A DNA stretch of 64,000 bases from an uncultured Myxococcales bacterium (GTDB lineage: Bacteria; Myxococcota_A; UBA9042). Positions 50,124-61,129 of the stretch are shown in pieces. The position numbers were made by a program, and so were the translations under genes. The notes beneath the pieces are model-generated. The model was not told where the DNA came from, searched no databases, and was given only the letters and a program-made list of their open reading frames with translations. How positions within the stretch are numbered: position 1 is the stretch's first letter; each line of letters begins with the position of its first letter. Where the stretch lies: the NCBI GenBank assembly GCA_903883645.1, contig CAISBR010000080.1, positions 21,069-85,068 of the forward strand, given 5' to 3'.

Positions 50124-50648
50124 CTAGAAGTTGTGCTTGAGCTCGCCCGTGGCGCGCCCCGAATTCGGCTCGGGCAAGAAGATCCCTGACGGGCGCTGGC
50201 CCGGAGGCGGCATGGGCGGCGGCACCTGCTGCGACTCGCGCGGAATCTGCGACTGCAGCACCTGCTGCACGGCTGGGCGGGCGATCGCCGGCACCGGAGC
50301 CGAGGTCCGCGCCGGCGCGTTCGACTTGTTGGTCATCTGGCAAGCGCCATCAAAAAACACACCTTTATCGATGTGCAGGGCGGGCGACAGAATGTTACCG
50401 CGCAAGCTGGCCGGAGCGTGCAGTTCGACCGCATCGTTGGCCGTGATGTTGCCGGTGACGTTGCCGTACACCGCGATCGAGCCGACGCGAATTTCTGCTT
50501 GCACCTCAGCGCCTTCGCCGATGATGAGCGTACCTTCGCTAAAGATCTCGCCGGTAAAGCGGCCGTCGATGTGCACGGTGCCTTCGAAGGTCAGCTTACC
50601 TTCGAATTCACTACCTTTTCCCAGCAACGCATTGGGCGTGGAGCTCAT
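50124..50648 (-). CDS. Bactofilin-family cytoskeletal protein
   Basis: Beta-helical repeats (GTVHIDGRFTGEIFSEGTLIIGEGAEV...) and a Pro-rich tail. Confidence 0.8.
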   Translation of the reverse strand: MSSTPNALLGKGSEFEGKLTFEGTVHIDGRFTGEIFSEGTLIIGEGAEVQAEIRVGSIAVYGNVTGNITANDAVELHAPASLRGNILSPALHIDKGVFFDGACQMTNKSNAPARTSAPVPAIARPAVQQVLQSQIPRESQQVPPPMPPPGQRPSGIFLPEPNSGRATGELKHNF

Positions 50649-50882
50649 GGTCGGTTCCTGTTGTTGGCTATGGGCGCCACGGCGCCTCGGTTTCTAGGGC
50701 TTCTTGCAGGTCAGATACCAGGATTTCGCGCCGGACCGCCCAACGGCAACACGGCAAGCGCGGGATTGTATGCCCGTCGGCGGCACGGTGCCACCCAGAA
50801 GCGGCATGGCCGCAGCAGACTGCTGCCATTCACCATGGGCAAAGGCTCATTAATAGCATGATATTGCAACACTATCTTACAG

Positions 50883-51638
50883 TTACCGGGTCTTGGCCGC
50901 GCCCAGCAGCTTGGCTTTGGCCAGCCGCAGCTTCCACACATTGACGATCGCCTCGCGCACGATCGACCCCGACATCTTGCTTTGCCCGCGGGTCCGGTCA
51001 GGAAAGTGAATCGGCACCTCGCCCACCGAAAATCCGGCCAGGATGCAGCGCCAAGTCATCTCGATCTGAAAGACGTAGCCACCCGACACGATCTCGCCAA
51101 GCGGCAGCGCCGCCAGCACCTTGCGGTGAAAGCACTTAAAGCCGCCCGTCAAGTCTTTGAACGGCAAGCCCAAAATCAACTGCGCATAGGTATTGCCGCC
51201 CCGCGAGATCAGCCGCCGCCGCCAATCCCAATCGTCGGTGGCACCACCGGGGATATAGCGCGAACCCAGCACCACATCGCAGGTTTTGGCCTTGTCGATG
51301 AATTCGGGCAAGTAGCGTGGCGGATGCGAAAAGTCGCAGTCCATCTCGAAGATTAGCTCGTAATCGCGCGCGAGTGCCCAGCGAAAGCCGTCGATGTAAG
51401 CCCGCCCAAGCCCTTGTTTTTTCTCGCGATGCAACACATGCAGCCGCGTATTGTTCGCCGCTAGCTCGTCGGCCAACTGGCCCGTGCCATCCGGGCTGTT
51501 GTCGTCGATGACCAGGATGTGCACAAACGGCACCTGATCGAACACCGCCGCGACCATCAGCGGCAAGTTCTCGATTTCGTTATAGGTTGGCAGGCAAATG
51601 CAGACCTTGGGGTCAGCAGCGGGTGCAGCAGCAGACAC
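50883..51638 (-). CDS. GT2 glycosyltransferase, polyprenol-phosphate mannose synthase (Dpm1/Ppm1)-like
   Basis: CLPTYNE...VIDDNSPDGT...DCDFSHPP (DxD-type GT-A motifs). GTG start with an AAGAGG RBS. Confidence 0.8.
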   Translation of the reverse strand: MSAAAPAADPKVCICLPTYNEIENLPLMVAAVFDQVPFVHILVIDDNSPDGTGQLADELAANNTRLHVLHREKKQGLGRAYIDGFRWALARDYELIFEMDCDFSHPPRYLPEFIDKAKTCDVVLGSRYIPGGATDDWDWRRRLISRGGNTYAQLILGLPFKDLTGGFKCFHRKVLAALPLGEIVSGGYVFQIEMTWRCILAGFSVGEVPIHFPDRTRGQSKMSGSIVREAIVNVWKLRLAKAKLLGAAKTR

Positions 51639-51647
51639 GAGAACCTC

Positions 51648-53516
51648 TTAATAGTGCTCAGAATAGAAGGAGTCGAGCAACCCCTGGTTTTTCTTAGTAA
51701 TCTCTTTGCGGCGCAGCTTGAGCGACGGCGTCAGATCGCCCTCTTCGACCGTGAAGTCGCGGTGCAAGATCGCGAACTTCTTGATGGTCTCGTAGCTCGC
51801 CAGCGTCTTGTTGCGCGCTTCGATTTCGCCGTGGATCAGCTTCCACACCTCGGCGTGCTGGGTCAGGTCGGTGGGCGACTGCGGTGGCAGGCCGCGATCG
51901 CGCGCCCAGACCTTGATCGCATCGTCGTCGACCGCGATCAGCACCGACAAGAACTTGCGCCTATCGCCATACACCATGCAATTCGAGATGTAAGGCGAGG
52001 CCTTGAGGTGCGATTCTAGGTTCTGCGGCGCCACGTTCTTGCCGCCGGCGGTGATGATCAGGTCTTTTTTGCGGTCGGTGATGCGCAAGTAGCCGCCGTC
52101 GTCGATCTCGCCGATGTCGCCGGTATGCAACCAGCCGTCGCCGTCGATGGTCGCGGCAGTTTCGGCGGGGTTGTTTAAGTAGCAGGTCATCAGATTCGCG
52201 CCGCGGATCAGCACTTCGCCGTCGCCCGCGATCACGACTTCGACACCGGGGATCGGCTTGCCCACCGTGCCCAAACGGTAGTCGTCGGGGCGGTTGACGG
52301 TGGCGGCGGCGCAGTTCTCGGTCATGCCGTAGCCTTCTAAGATCAGAATACCACAGGCATGAAAGAACTCGGCGAGGGCTTTCGACAGCGGCGCACCACC
52401 CGAGATAAAGCCCCGCATCCGCCCACCGAGCAACGCGTGAATTTTGGCAAAGACCAGCCGCTGCGCCACTTCGTACTCGAGTTTGAGCAGCCCGGTTGGC
52501 TGTTTCCCTTGTTGTTGCAGCACACTGACGCGCTTGCCCACCGCCAGCGCCGCTTGGAACGCACGCTTGCGCAGCGGGCCCTGCGCCTCGACGCCGGCGA
52601 GGATCTTGGCATGGATCTTCTCGAAAACACGGGGAACGGCTGGCATCACCGTCGGCGCCGCTTCGGGAAGATCGGTCAGCAGCGTCGCCATCGACTCGGG
52701 CAAGCTCATCTGACAGCCCACGCCGATACACACCACGTACACCACCTTGGCGAAGCTGTGGGCCAGGGGCAAGAACAAGAAAAGTGAATCATCGTCGCGC
52801 ACATCGAGCGATTGCTGGCAGGCATCGGTCTCGAAAATAAACGCGCCCTGCGACAACACCACGCCCTTGGGCCGCCCCGTAGTGCCCGATGTGTACACCA
52901 CAGTGCAGGCGTCTTGCGCCCTTATCACCTGCCGAACCCGCGGCAGCACATCATCCGGCAAGTCGCGCCCCAGGGCCGCCAAGTCGGTCGCCGGGGCCAC
53001 CCACGGGTCCGCCGCCGCCGTGACATCGCCCAGCCGCACCAGCGTCCGCCCCAGCGTATCGGGCCGCGGCAGCTGAGCTACATCATCAAGATAGAAGACT
53101 TTAATCAGATCGGGCAGCCGTTCTCGGTAGACGGCCAACTTCGCCAGTTGCACCGGGTCTTCGACAAAGGCAAACCGTGCCGTCGAGTCTTCGGCGATCC
53201 ACTGGGCCTCGCTGTCGACCGCCGATGGATAGATCGGCACCGTGACGCCGCCCGCCATCAGCACTGCCATATCGGCGATCATCCATTCGCGCCGCGTCGT
53301 GGCGGCAATCAGCACGCGGTCGCCCTTTTCGAGCCCCGCTGCCAACAGCCCGCGCGCCCAGCTGGCCGACGTCGCGCGCCACTCTGCAAAGGTCGTGTCG
53401 TGCCAGCGCCCGCGCACCTTGCAGCGCAAGATCGCGTGATTCGGCTTGTTTTGTACCGAGTGCTCGAAAAGATCCACGACCGTACGGATCGAAGGGTCGA
53501 GACCTGTGCGCACCAT
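51648..53516 (-). CDS. Long-chain fatty-acid--CoA ligase (AMP-binding superfamily)
   Basis: [16 protein letters not shown]-binding motif and GYGMTE. AAGGAGGTGA RBS. Confidence 0.85.
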   Translation of the reverse strand: MVRTGLDPSIRTVVDLFEHSVQNKPNHAILRCKVRGRWHDTTFAEWRATSASWARGLLAAGLEKGDRVLIAATTRREWMIADMAVLMAGGVTVPIYPSAVDSEAQWIAEDSTARFAFVEDPVQLAKLAVYRERLPDLIKVFYLDDVAQLPRPDTLGRTLVRLGDVTAAADPWVAPATDLAALGRDLPDDVLPRVRQVIRAQDACTVVYTSGTTGRPKGVVLSQGAFIFETDACQQSLDVRDDDSLFLFLPLAHSFAKVVYVVCIGVGCQMSLPESMATLLTDLPEAAPTVMPAVPRVFEKIHAKILAGVEAQGPLRKRAFQAALAVGKRVSVLQQQGKQPTGLLKLEYEVAQRLVFAKIHALLGGRMRGFISGGAPLSKALAEFFHACGILILEGYGMTENCAAATVNRPDDYRLGTVGKPIPGVEVVIAGDGEVLIRGANLMTCYLNNPAETAATIDGDGWLHTGDIGEIDDGGYLRITDRKKDLIITAGGKNVAPQNLESHLKASPYISNCMVYGDRRKFLSVLIAVDDDAIKVWARDRGLPPQSPTDLTQHAEVWKLIHGEIEARNKTLASYETIKKFAILHRDFTVEEGDLTPSLKLRRKEITKKNQGLLDSFYSEHY

Positions 53517-53680
53517 CGGTCACCTCCTTGGGGCGTGCATTTTCGTCGCCCGGCGCTGCGCTTGCAAGCCCCTGCGCCGCAGTTGCGCCGAGGGCTTTTT
53601 CGCCGCTTAGCTTGAACGTCGCCGCCAAGCCGCCTAAACTGCCGTATGGCCAGCATTGACCCCTTGGCCGGACCGCGCTG

Positions 53681-54136
53681 ATGACCCCGTCGCTAAACCC
53701 TAATCTTGCCGGCATGCCCCGTATTCCCGGGCGGTTGCGCGCGATTTCGCGTTCGTTCGCGCTGATCGGGGCGGCTGTTATGGTCGCTTGGACGACGGCA
53801 AGTTGCTCGGGCACGGACCGCGTCGACGGCATGGGCGGGCTAAACGAGGCCGAGACCGACAAGGTCCTGGCGTATATGTCCGACCAGTTGCAGATCGCGC
53901 ACCAGATCGCGGCGATGGCGAGCCAAGATAACGCGCTCGATATGTGCTTCGAGATGTGTCACCGCGCCGCCCAGTCGTGCGTTCTTTCGGGCAAAGTTTG
54001 TAGTATTGCGGCAAGTCATACCGACAACCAGCCGCTTGCCGGCCGCTGCGACGTAACCCGCGAGCGCTGCCGGTCGTACCGCACCAAGGTGCCGCGGCAA
54101 TGCACGTGCGACACGGCGGCCGAAGCCGCGCGCTGA
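53681..54136 (+). CDS. Small Cys-rich secreted protein or lipoprotein (hypothetical)
   Basis: Signal-like N-terminus ending in ...TTASC. Eight Cys residues. Start uncertain. Confidence 0.4.
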   Translation: MTPSLNPNLAGMPRIPGRLRAISRSFALIGAAVMVAWTTASCSGTDRVDGMGGLNEAETDKVLAYMSDQLQIAHQIAAMASQDNALDMCFEMCHRAAQSCVLSGKVCSIAASHTDNQPLAGRCDVTRERCRSYRTKVPRQCTCDTAAEAAR

Positions 54137-54328
54137 TCGCGACCACTCGGTACGATTCTTCCCTCTTGCCCGATCGACTATACCCCTTCGCAGCTTTGAT
54201 CGCGACGACATGGTCGCTGCCTCGATCGCTGCTGGCGCAACGGCCCGATTCCTGGCACACTCTTGCCCCCTGCCCGGCTGGGCTCTCCAGCCCCCGCTCG
54301 GGCTTTTCCTGTAATCCCTTGGAGTTCC

Positions 54329-56191
54329 ATGCAGCGCGTCCGCAACATCGGCATCATCGCCCACGTCGACCACGGCAAAACCACCCTGATCGATCAGATT
54401 CTTACCCAGTGCGGCGCGATCGGTCGCTCGGGCTTGGCCTACGAGCGCGTCATGGACAGCAACGACCTCGAGCGCGAGCGCGGCATCACGATTCTGGCGA
54501 AAAATACCTCAGTTCGCTGGCAAGGCGAGGTGATCAATATCGTCGACACCCCCGGCCACGCCGACTTTGGTGGCGAGGTTGAGCGCATCTTGCGCATGGT
54601 CGACTCGGTGCTGCTGCTCGTCGATGCTTGCGAAGGCCCGATGCCGCAAACTCGCTTCGTGCTTAAGAAATCGCTGGCACTCGGCCTGCGGCCCATCGTG
54701 GTGATCAACAAGATCGATCGGCCCGATCGGCAGCCCGACAAGGTTCTAGACGCCGTGTTCGATCTGTTCGTCGCCCTAGATGCCAGCGCAGCGCAACTGG
54801 ATTTTCCGGTGATCTACGCTTCGGGCCGCGCCGGCTTTGCCGCCGAAAATGATGCGGATGTGCTCGACGACGACCCCGAGGTGATGGCCAAGAAGCAAGA
54901 GGGCAAGACCCTGGCGCCGCTGATGGACATGATTATGCGCCACGTGGAGCCGTGCGAATTCCAGCTCGACGCCCCCGTGCAGTTTCAGGTCGCAACGCTC
55001 GACCGCAACGACTTCTTGGGTCGCATCGCCATCGGCCGCATTTACCGCGGCGTGATCCGCAAGAACGATCGCCTGGTGCAGATGCGCTTAGACGGCACGA
55101 CCCAGCCGCTGCGAATCACCAAGCTGATGGGCTTCTTGGGCGTGGACCGGATCGACGTCGACGAGGCTAACGCTGGCGATATCATTGCACTCGCCGGTGT
55201 AGGCGATGTGACCGTGGGCGAGACGCTGTGCGCCGAAGGCTCGCTCGAGGCCCTGCCGGTGACGCCGATCGACGAGCCGACGCTATCGATGGACTTCATC
55301 GTCAACAACTCGCCGTTCGCGGGTAAAGAAGGCAAGTTCGTCACCACGCGCCACATTCGCGAGCGCTTGCACCGCGAGCTTGAGGCGAACGTATCGCTGC
55401 GTATCGAAGACACCGATCAGCCTGAGGTGATGAAGGTTTATGGCCGCGGCACGCTGAGCTTGTCGATCTTGATCGAGACGATGCGCCGCGAAGGCTACGA
55501 GCTGCAGGTCAGCCAGCCCCGGGTGATCATCAAGCGCGACGCCGAGGGCAAGCGGCTTGAGCCGTACGAAGACGTGGTCTGCGAGTGCGCCGAGCCGTAT
55601 TCGGGCGCGGTAATCGAGAAATTGTCGCAGCGCGGAGCAGACTTGCGCAACATGTCGGTCGAAGACGACGGCACTGTGCGCATGGAATTCGTGTGCCCCT
55701 CGCGCGGCCTGATTGGCTATCGCAGCCAGTACCTGACCGATACCCGCGGCACAGGGGTGATCTACCATACGTTCAGCGAGTTCGGCCCCTGGCGTGGCGA
55801 CATTCGCCGCCGGCAAAACGGCGCGCTCGTCGTGGTCGAGGCGTGCACCACTACCACTTACGGCATCTACAACCTGCAGGATCGCGGCATCTTTTTGCTC
55901 GGTCCGACCACGGATGTGTACGAGGGTCAGGTGGTCGGCATCCACAACCGCGACAACGACTTGGTGATCAACCCGGGCCGCGAGAAGAAGCTGACCAACA
56001 TTCGCTCGGCGGGTGCGGACGAGAAGCTGCTGCTGACGCCGGCCAAGCGGCTTTCGCTCGAAGAGGCGCTCGAATTCATCGACGACGACGAACTGGTCGA
56101 AGTGACGCCGAAGTCGATTCGCCTGCGCAAGAAACACCTGCGCGAGTCGGATCGCCGCCGCTACGATAAGGCGCCTTCGGCCAACAGCTAG
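54329..56191 (+). CDS. typA: Translational GTPase TypA/BipA
   Basis: [16 protein letters not shown]1 motif and DTPGHADF G3 motif. About 620 aa. Confidence 0.9.
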   Translation: MQRVRNIGIIAHVDHGKTTLIDQILTQCGAIGRSGLAYERVMDSNDLERERGITILAKNTSVRWQGEVINIVDTPGHADFGGEVERILRMVDSVLLLVDACEGPMPQTRFVLKKSLALGLRPIVVINKIDRPDRQPDKVLDAVFDLFVALDASAAQLDFPVIYASGRAGFAAENDADVLDDDPEVMAKKQEGKTLAPLMDMIMRHVEPCEFQLDAPVQFQVATLDRNDFLGRIAIGRIYRGVIRKNDRLVQMRLDGTTQPLRITKLMGFLGVDRIDVDEANAGDIIALAGVGDVTVGETLCAEGSLEALPVTPIDEPTLSMDFIVNNSPFAGKEGKFVTTRHIRERLHRELEANVSLRIEDTDQPEVMKVYGRGTLSLSILIETMRREGYELQVSQPRVIIKRDAEGKRLEPYEDVVCECAEPYSGAVIEKLSQRGADLRNMSVEDDGTVRMEFVCPSRGLIGYRSQYLTDTRGTGVIYHTFSEFGPWRGDIRRRQNGALVVVEACTTTTYGIYNLQDRGIFLLGPTTDVYEGQVVGIHNRDNDLVINPGREKKLTNIRSAGADEKLLLTPAKRLSLEEALEFIDDDELVEVTPKSIRLRKKHLRESDRRRYDKAPSANS

Positions 56192-56239
56192 CGCAAGCTG
56201 CGGATTGCCTAGCCCGGGCGAATCGGGCACGCTGACCGC

Positions 56240-57235
56240 ATGATTTGGCACACCTTGCATACCTTTGTACTGGGCGCGCTGCTGCTGGCGGCGTGTAGTA
56301 CTGCGACTAGTGGCACGCAAGCTGTTGATACGCACAGCGATTCTGCCCTTGATGTCGCCACAGATGCCGCGACTGGCGATGCGACTGGCGATGCGACTGG
56401 CGAGCTACTGGCCGATGCCGCTACGGCTACAGACGTTGACTTTGTTGCCGATACCGCGCTCGATGCCACCGTTGCTGGCGATGAGGGCGACACCGCTCCG
56501 GCTGCGGGCGACGCGAGCGCGACCACGAGCGACGGCGGTGCGGAGACGGCGGCCATCGACGATACACAAGCTGTTGACTCTACTGCTGATTCTGAAGTTG
56601 ATTCTGGCAGTGATGGAGCCGCAGATGGCGCCGCAGATGGTGCCGCAGATGCCGATGCAAGCAAGCCAGATGTCTGCACGGGTGGCCTAGCGGAGTGCCC
56701 CAAATCGGCGGACGGCCCCCCTGGTGCGCCACCGGCTTGGGCCGATGCCAGCTGCCTCGCGCCCCTTTCGCCCGACTGGGTCGATGCCGGCCTAAATGCA
56801 ACCCCAGACCTCACTGTCGCAATCGGGCCGTCCACCGTTGCCAGCACTTGGGCACCGTACGTCGACGGCAGCTGGGCGCCGCTCTACCACGGCACCCAAG
56901 GCCTCGTGCACACCGAAGTCGCAATCCGCGTCACCGGCACCGGACTGACTGCACCGCAATATACTGCCTCGGTGATGCGCGTCGGCTACATCGGCTGCAA
57001 CGCCAAGACCAACATGACGCCCTTTGCCGTCAGCCTAATTCCGCAAGCCGATGGCAGCTACTTCAGCAGCAACGGTGGGATGCTCGCAGTCTGGGACATG
57101 GGCATTAACTCATGGAAATACTGCGGACAATGGGCCGAGATCCACGTGACGGTCCGCATCCCTGACGGGCGCTGGGGCGAAGGCAAAGTGCGCTTGCACC
57201 TGTGGGATACGGCGCCAACTTGCCCACCTCCTTGA
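56240..57235 (+). CDS. Lipoprotein with an Asp/Ala/Thr-rich repeat linker (hypothetical)
   Basis: LLAAC lipobox. 12-bp tandem repeats encode DATGDATGDATG and GAADGAADGAAD. Confidence 0.5.
   Translation: MIWHTLHTFVLGALLLAACSTATSGTQAVDTHSDSALDVATDAATGDATGDATGELLADAATATDVDFVADTALDATVAGDEGDTAPAAGDASATTSDGGAETAAIDDTQAVDSTADSEVDSGSDGAADGAADGAADADASKPDVCTGGLAECPKSADGPPGAPPAWADASCLAPLSPDWVDAGLNATPDLTVAIGPSTVASTWAPYVDGSWAPLYHGTQGLVHTEVAIRVTGTGLTAPQYTASVMRVGYIGCNAKTNMTPFAVSLIPQADGSYFSSNGGMLAVWDMGINSWKYCGQWAEIHVTVRIPDGRWGEGKVRLHLWDTAPTCPPP
56363..56401. repeat. 12-bp tandem repeat (GATGCGACTGGC x3) inside the lipoprotein CDS
   Basis: Read directly from the sequence. Encodes DATG repeats. Confidence 0.8.
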
Positions 57236-57296
57236 CGTTCGCCGCCATGCGCCTACTCTGACTGGGCGACTGCCTGCGGGCAGCGTTGGAGGTTGT

Positions 57297-58016
57297 ATGT
57301 CCGATCGCGAACTCTACGGTCGCTACGCAGCGCCGCTGGCTGAGGCCGAAGCTCAGGGCCGTGCTCTGCAATCTGCCCGATTTATCAACGAAATCTACGT
57401 GTGGATGGCGGGCGCGCTGGCCCTTTCGGGCGGTGTGGCGTGGACCGTGATGCATAGCGAGGCGCTGCGGCAGACCGCGCTGTCGTGGTTCATGCCGCTC
57501 ATCGTGGTCGAACTGGTGACGGTGATTGCGCTTTCGGCGGCGATTCGCAAGATGAGCGCGGCGGTGGCGAGCGCCGGCTTCTTGTTTTACGCACTGCTGA
57601 ACGGTCTGACGTTGGCGCCGATTTTGTTCATGTATACCCAGGCTTCGGTGGCCAACGTCTTCTTTGTGACGGCGGGCTCGTTTGCCGGCCTGGCCGCCTA
57701 CGGCGCAGTCACCAAGCGCGATCTGACCGGCATGGGCTCGTTCTTCATGATGGGGCTCTGGGCGGTGATCTTGGCCTCGATCGCCAATTTCTTCATGCAT
57801 TCTAGCGGCTTGTCGTTCGCCGTAACGGTTGTGGGCGCGCTCGTGTTCGCCGGCCTGACCGCCTACGATGTGCAACGCTTTAAGATGATTGGCCATCAGG
57901 GCTTTGCGACCCCCGGCGAGCGGCACAAGGCGGCGCTGATTGGTGCGCTGAACCTGTACCTCGATTTTGTCAATCTATTCTTGAACTTGCTGCGCTTGTT
58001 CGGCAATCGCCGCTAG
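57297..58016 (+). CDS. Bax inhibitor-1/YccA (TMBIM) family membrane protein
   Basis: Seven-TM pattern and the YALLNGLTLAPILFMY motif. Confidence 0.8.
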   Translation: MSDRELYGRYAAPLAEAEAQGRALQSARFINEIYVWMAGALALSGGVAWTVMHSEALRQTALSWFMPLIVVELVTVIALSAAIRKMSAAVASAGFLFYALLNGLTLAPILFMYTQASVANVFFVTAGSFAGLAAYGAVTKRDLTGMGSFFMMGLWAVILASIANFFMHSSGLSFAVTVVGALVFAGLTAYDVQRFKMIGHQGFATPGERHKAALIGALNLYLDFVNLFLNLLRLFGNRR

Positions 58017-58024
58017 ATTCGGCG

Positions 58025-61000
58025 TTACGGGCAGCTGCTGTTCGCCGCCTTGGGCGTGGCCTTGTCGATCGACGCCACGCTAAAGGTGGTCTTGCTAAAG
58101 CACCAGTTCGTCGCCACCGCCGCATCTACCGCGTTGGTTTTATTCACATCAAGCTGATAGCTCTGCGCCGGCGTCTGGATGCCAAACACCACGCTGCTGA
58201 TGCGGCTGGCGGGCGGGCAGGTTGGATCGGGCGTTAAGCACGCAGAATCACCCGAGTTATTGAACGATACACTGTTGGAGCTATAGCCATAGACGTAGTC
58301 CGGCGGCGGCGCGCCCTCGCTGGCGGTGATGTCGACGGCGGCTAGCAGGGCGTACTCGCCTGGTTTCATTTGAAAACCGCCGGCCTTGATCAGCTTGATG
58401 CAAAACTGTCCGTCGCACAGGTACAGGCCGTTCAAATCGACGGTGTGGGTGGCGACGCTGTACAGCTCGACCCACTCGTTGGCAGCGGTGGCGGGGCGCG
58501 CCATCACCTCGGTAATCAGCACTTCGCCGGGCTGTGGCGGGGCGATCACGTCGAGCGTGCATAGGCCGCAGCCGTCGCCCACGACCGCGTTGCCGTCGTC
58601 GCATTGCTCGCCCGAATCGACCACCCCGTTGCCGCAGTACGGCGCCGCGACGCATGTGCCCGAGATGCACCACAAGTGGATGCCACAGCTCGACTGGTCG
58701 GGCAGGCCGGGATAGCTGCAGCCCTGCCCCTGCGCGCAAGTATTGGTCGTACATGGATTATTGTCGTTGCAGACGCTGGGGGCGCCGCCGATGCACTTGC
58801 CCGCGCTGCACGCGTCGCCAGTCGTGCACGGGTCGCCGTCGGAGCAGCTGCCGGTCTTGGCCACGTGCGAGCACGTTCCGCTGCCGTCGCACAGGTCGAT
58901 GGTGCACGCTTGGCCGTCGTTGCAGTTCTTGAGGACGCCCTTGCAGACCCCAGAGGTACAGATATCATTGTCTGTGCAGGGGTTTTCGTCGGAACAGGCG
59001 CCACTGCTGGCCACGTAGACGCAGCCCAACGCGGGGACGCAGCTGTCGCTAGTGCATGGGTTGTTGTCGTCGCACAGCACGGCCACGCCGCCGCCGCAGC
59101 TGCCGCCTTGGCAGGTAGAGCCCACAGTGCAGACCGAGCCGTCGTCACACGCTTGCCCCGTATTTTGCGCGACGACGCTGCAGCCACCGGTCTTGGGGTC
59201 GCACGTGTTGAGCCCGCAGGCGCTATCTTTGCTGGGGCTACAGACCACTGCGCTGTCGCTCTTGTACTGACAAGTGTAAAAACTTGCGCCCTTATTGCAG
59301 TACGCGACGCCAAGGCATGGATTGGCGGTGGCCGCGCACTCCTGGTCGCTGCTGCAGCCGCATGTTGAGGTGGGGCCCACGCACTTGCCGGCCGCGTCGC
59401 ACAGGTCGCCGCCGGTGCAGGGGTTGCCGTCGTCGCAACTGCCGCCGCCTTTGGGCAAGTGGGTGCAGCCATTCGCCGGGGCGCAGGCATCGCTGGTGCA
59501 GCCATTGCCGTCGTCGCAGAGGGTCTTGGCGTCGATGACGCTGCCCGTGCAGGCGCCACTGCTACACGCGTCGCCCTCGGTGCAGGCGTTGCCGTCGTTG
59601 CAGGCGCCGGCCAAGGCCACGAACATGCAGACCCCCTTGGCGCCACAACTATCGGCCGTGCAGGGCGAGCCGTCGTCGCAGTTTTTGGCCACCCCCTTGG
59701 TGCACATGCCGCCGGCACAGTACTCGCCGGCCGTACAGGGGTCGCCGTCGTTGCATACCCCCTGTACGGACATTCCAACACAACTACCTGTAGTTAAAAA
59801 GCACGTGTTCATCATGCACGGACCTAGATCGGGGCAAGCCATCACCGGGCCGGGCAAGCACGCGCCGCTCGCACAGGAGTCGCCCACGGTGCAGTCATTC
59901 TTGTCGGCGTCGCACAGCTTACCGTCGGCGGGTGTGTGGATGCAGCCGGTGACGGCGCAACTGTCCGCGGTGCAGGGGTTGTAGTCCTCGCAGCCAGTGG
60001 ACGACCCGGCGCACGTGCCCTCGACGCAAACGTCCATAACGGTGCACGGATTGCCATCGTCGCACGATAGCCAGCCCTGCGGATTTTTGTAGACACAGCC
60101 GGCTTGCGGTTCGCAGTTGTCGGTGGTGCACGGGTTGCCATCGTTGCAGGTCAAGGCGCCCCACCAGACTTTGCAGCCGGCAACTGGGTCGCAAGTATCC
60201 GTTGTGCATAGGTCGTTGTCATCGCAGACCGCCGCTGCCGCCCAGCCGCTGCCGTCGCCCGCACAGGCAAACCACGCGCCGTCTTGGCAAGCGCCCGCGC
60301 TGCACAGCTTGGCCTTGCACTTGCCGGCCGCCGCGTCGCACACCTCACCCGCGCCGCAGTCGCCGGGCTGCACGCAGTCGACGCACACGCCGCTGCTCTG
60401 ATTGCACACGCCCGGGCATTCGATGCTCGATTTACAGGGCTTTTGCACCGTGCACACGTTCTCGCTGCAGCTGCCGTTCGGGCAGTCCGCGCTGGTGACG
60501 CACGGCACGCAGACCGAGTAAACCAAGTCGCACACCTGGCCGAGCGACTTGCAGTCTTTGTCGGACTTGCACACCGCGGTCGCCGTGCACGCGTGGTCGT
60601 GGCACATCGCGCCACTTGGGCAGTCTGCGCTGCTTAGGCAGCCGGTGCAGGCGTGGCTGCTGGGGTCGCAGACATAGGGCGCGGGGCACGGCACGCTGCT
60701 GTCGCACGGGATGGCGGGAACGGGTGCGACCTCAGTATCGGCGCTTATTTCGGAGCCAGTGTCGGGGCTGGCATCGGGGGCACTGTCTGGGGCACTGTCT
60801 GGGGCACTGTCTGGGGCACTGTCGGCTGCGGCGTCGCTGGCGGTGTCAAGCAAACTATCCGACTCTGCAGTGGTATCGCCCTGCCCGCTCGCGGTGTCGC
60901 TGCTGCTCGCGTCGCTGATCGCGCCGTCGCTACTGGTGGCCGTGTCGGTGGTCGCGTCGGTGTTCGACCAGGCACCGGTGGTGGCGGGGCTGGCGCAGGC

Positions 61001-61114
61001 GGTGGCGACGAGCACTGCCAAACAAAGCGCAGGGGAGCGAACGAACTTTGGCATGGTGGCAGCTAGCTCCGGCGCGCAGACGCGCAAGTTCTTGACCGGC
61101 CTAAGGATTGCCAA
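58025..61114 (-). CDS. Giant lipoprotein: Ser/Asp/Ala-rich linker, about 25 Cys-rich repeats (DGNPCTxDxC type) and a C-terminal lamin-tail-like (LTD) domain
   Basis: Lipobox ...VLVATAC. APDSAPDSAPDSAPD linker encoded by a 12-bp tandem repeat. LTD-like EVLITEVMARPATAANEWVELYS...VDLNGLYL. Ends in GTPKAANSSCP. Confidence 0.65.
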   Translation of the reverse strand: MAILRPVKNLRVCAPELAATMPKFVRSPALCLAVLVATACASPATTGAWSNTDATTDTATSSDGAISDASSSDTASGQGDTTAESDSLLDTASDAAADSAPDSAPDSAPDSAPDASPDTGSEISADTEVAPVPAIPCDSSVPCPAPYVCDPSSHACTGCLSSADCPSGAMCHDHACTATAVCKSDKDCKSLGQVCDLVYSVCVPCVTSADCPNGSCSENVCTVQKPCKSSIECPGVCNQSSGVCVDCVQPGDCGAGEVCDAAAGKCKAKLCSAGACQDGAWFACAGDGSGWAAAAVCDDNDLCTTDTCDPVAGCKVWWGALTCNDGNPCTTDNCEPQAGCVYKNPQGWLSCDDGNPCTVMDVCVEGTCAGSSTGCEDYNPCTADSCAVTGCIHTPADGKLCDADKNDCTVGDSCASGACLPGPVMACPDLGPCMMNTCFLTTGSCVGMSVQGVCNDGDPCTAGEYCAGGMCTKGVAKNCDDGSPCTADSCGAKGVCMFVALAGACNDGNACTEGDACSSGACTGSVIDAKTLCDDGNGCTSDACAPANGCTHLPKGGGSCDDGNPCTGGDLCDAAGKCVGPTSTCGCSSDQECAATANPCLGVAYCNKGASFYTCQYKSDSAVVCSPSKDSACGLNTCDPKTGGCSVVAQNTGQACDDGSVCTVGSTCQGGSCGGGVAVLCDDNNPCTSDSCVPALGCVYVASSGACSDENPCTDNDICTSGVCKGVLKNCNDGQACTIDLCDGSGTCSHVAKTGSCSDGDPCTTGDACSAGKCIGGAPSVCNDNNPCTTNTCAQGQGCSYPGLPDQSSCGIHLWCISGTCVAAPYCGNGVVDSGEQCDDGNAVVGDGCGLCTLDVIAPPQPGEVLITEVMARPATAANEWVELYSVATHTVDLNGLYLCDGQFCIKLIKAGGFQMKPGEYALLAAVDITASEGAPPPDYVYGYSSNSVSFNNSGDSACLTPDPTCPPASRISSVVFGIQTPAQSYQLDVNKTNAVDAAVATNWCFSKTTFSVASIDKATPKAANSSCP
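60779..60826. repeat. Perfect 12-bp tandem repeat (GGCACTGTCTGG x3 plus one degenerate copy) inside a CDS
   Basis: Read directly from the sequence. Encodes (APDS)n on the minus strand. Confidence 0.85.
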
Positions 61115-61129
61115 GTTGGTTCGCTAACG

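Noticed and set aside
56192-56239. Weak inverted repeat GCCCG-N7-CGGGC after typA, a possible terminator
   Set aside because: Short stem and no U-tract, so not convincing as an intrinsic terminator.
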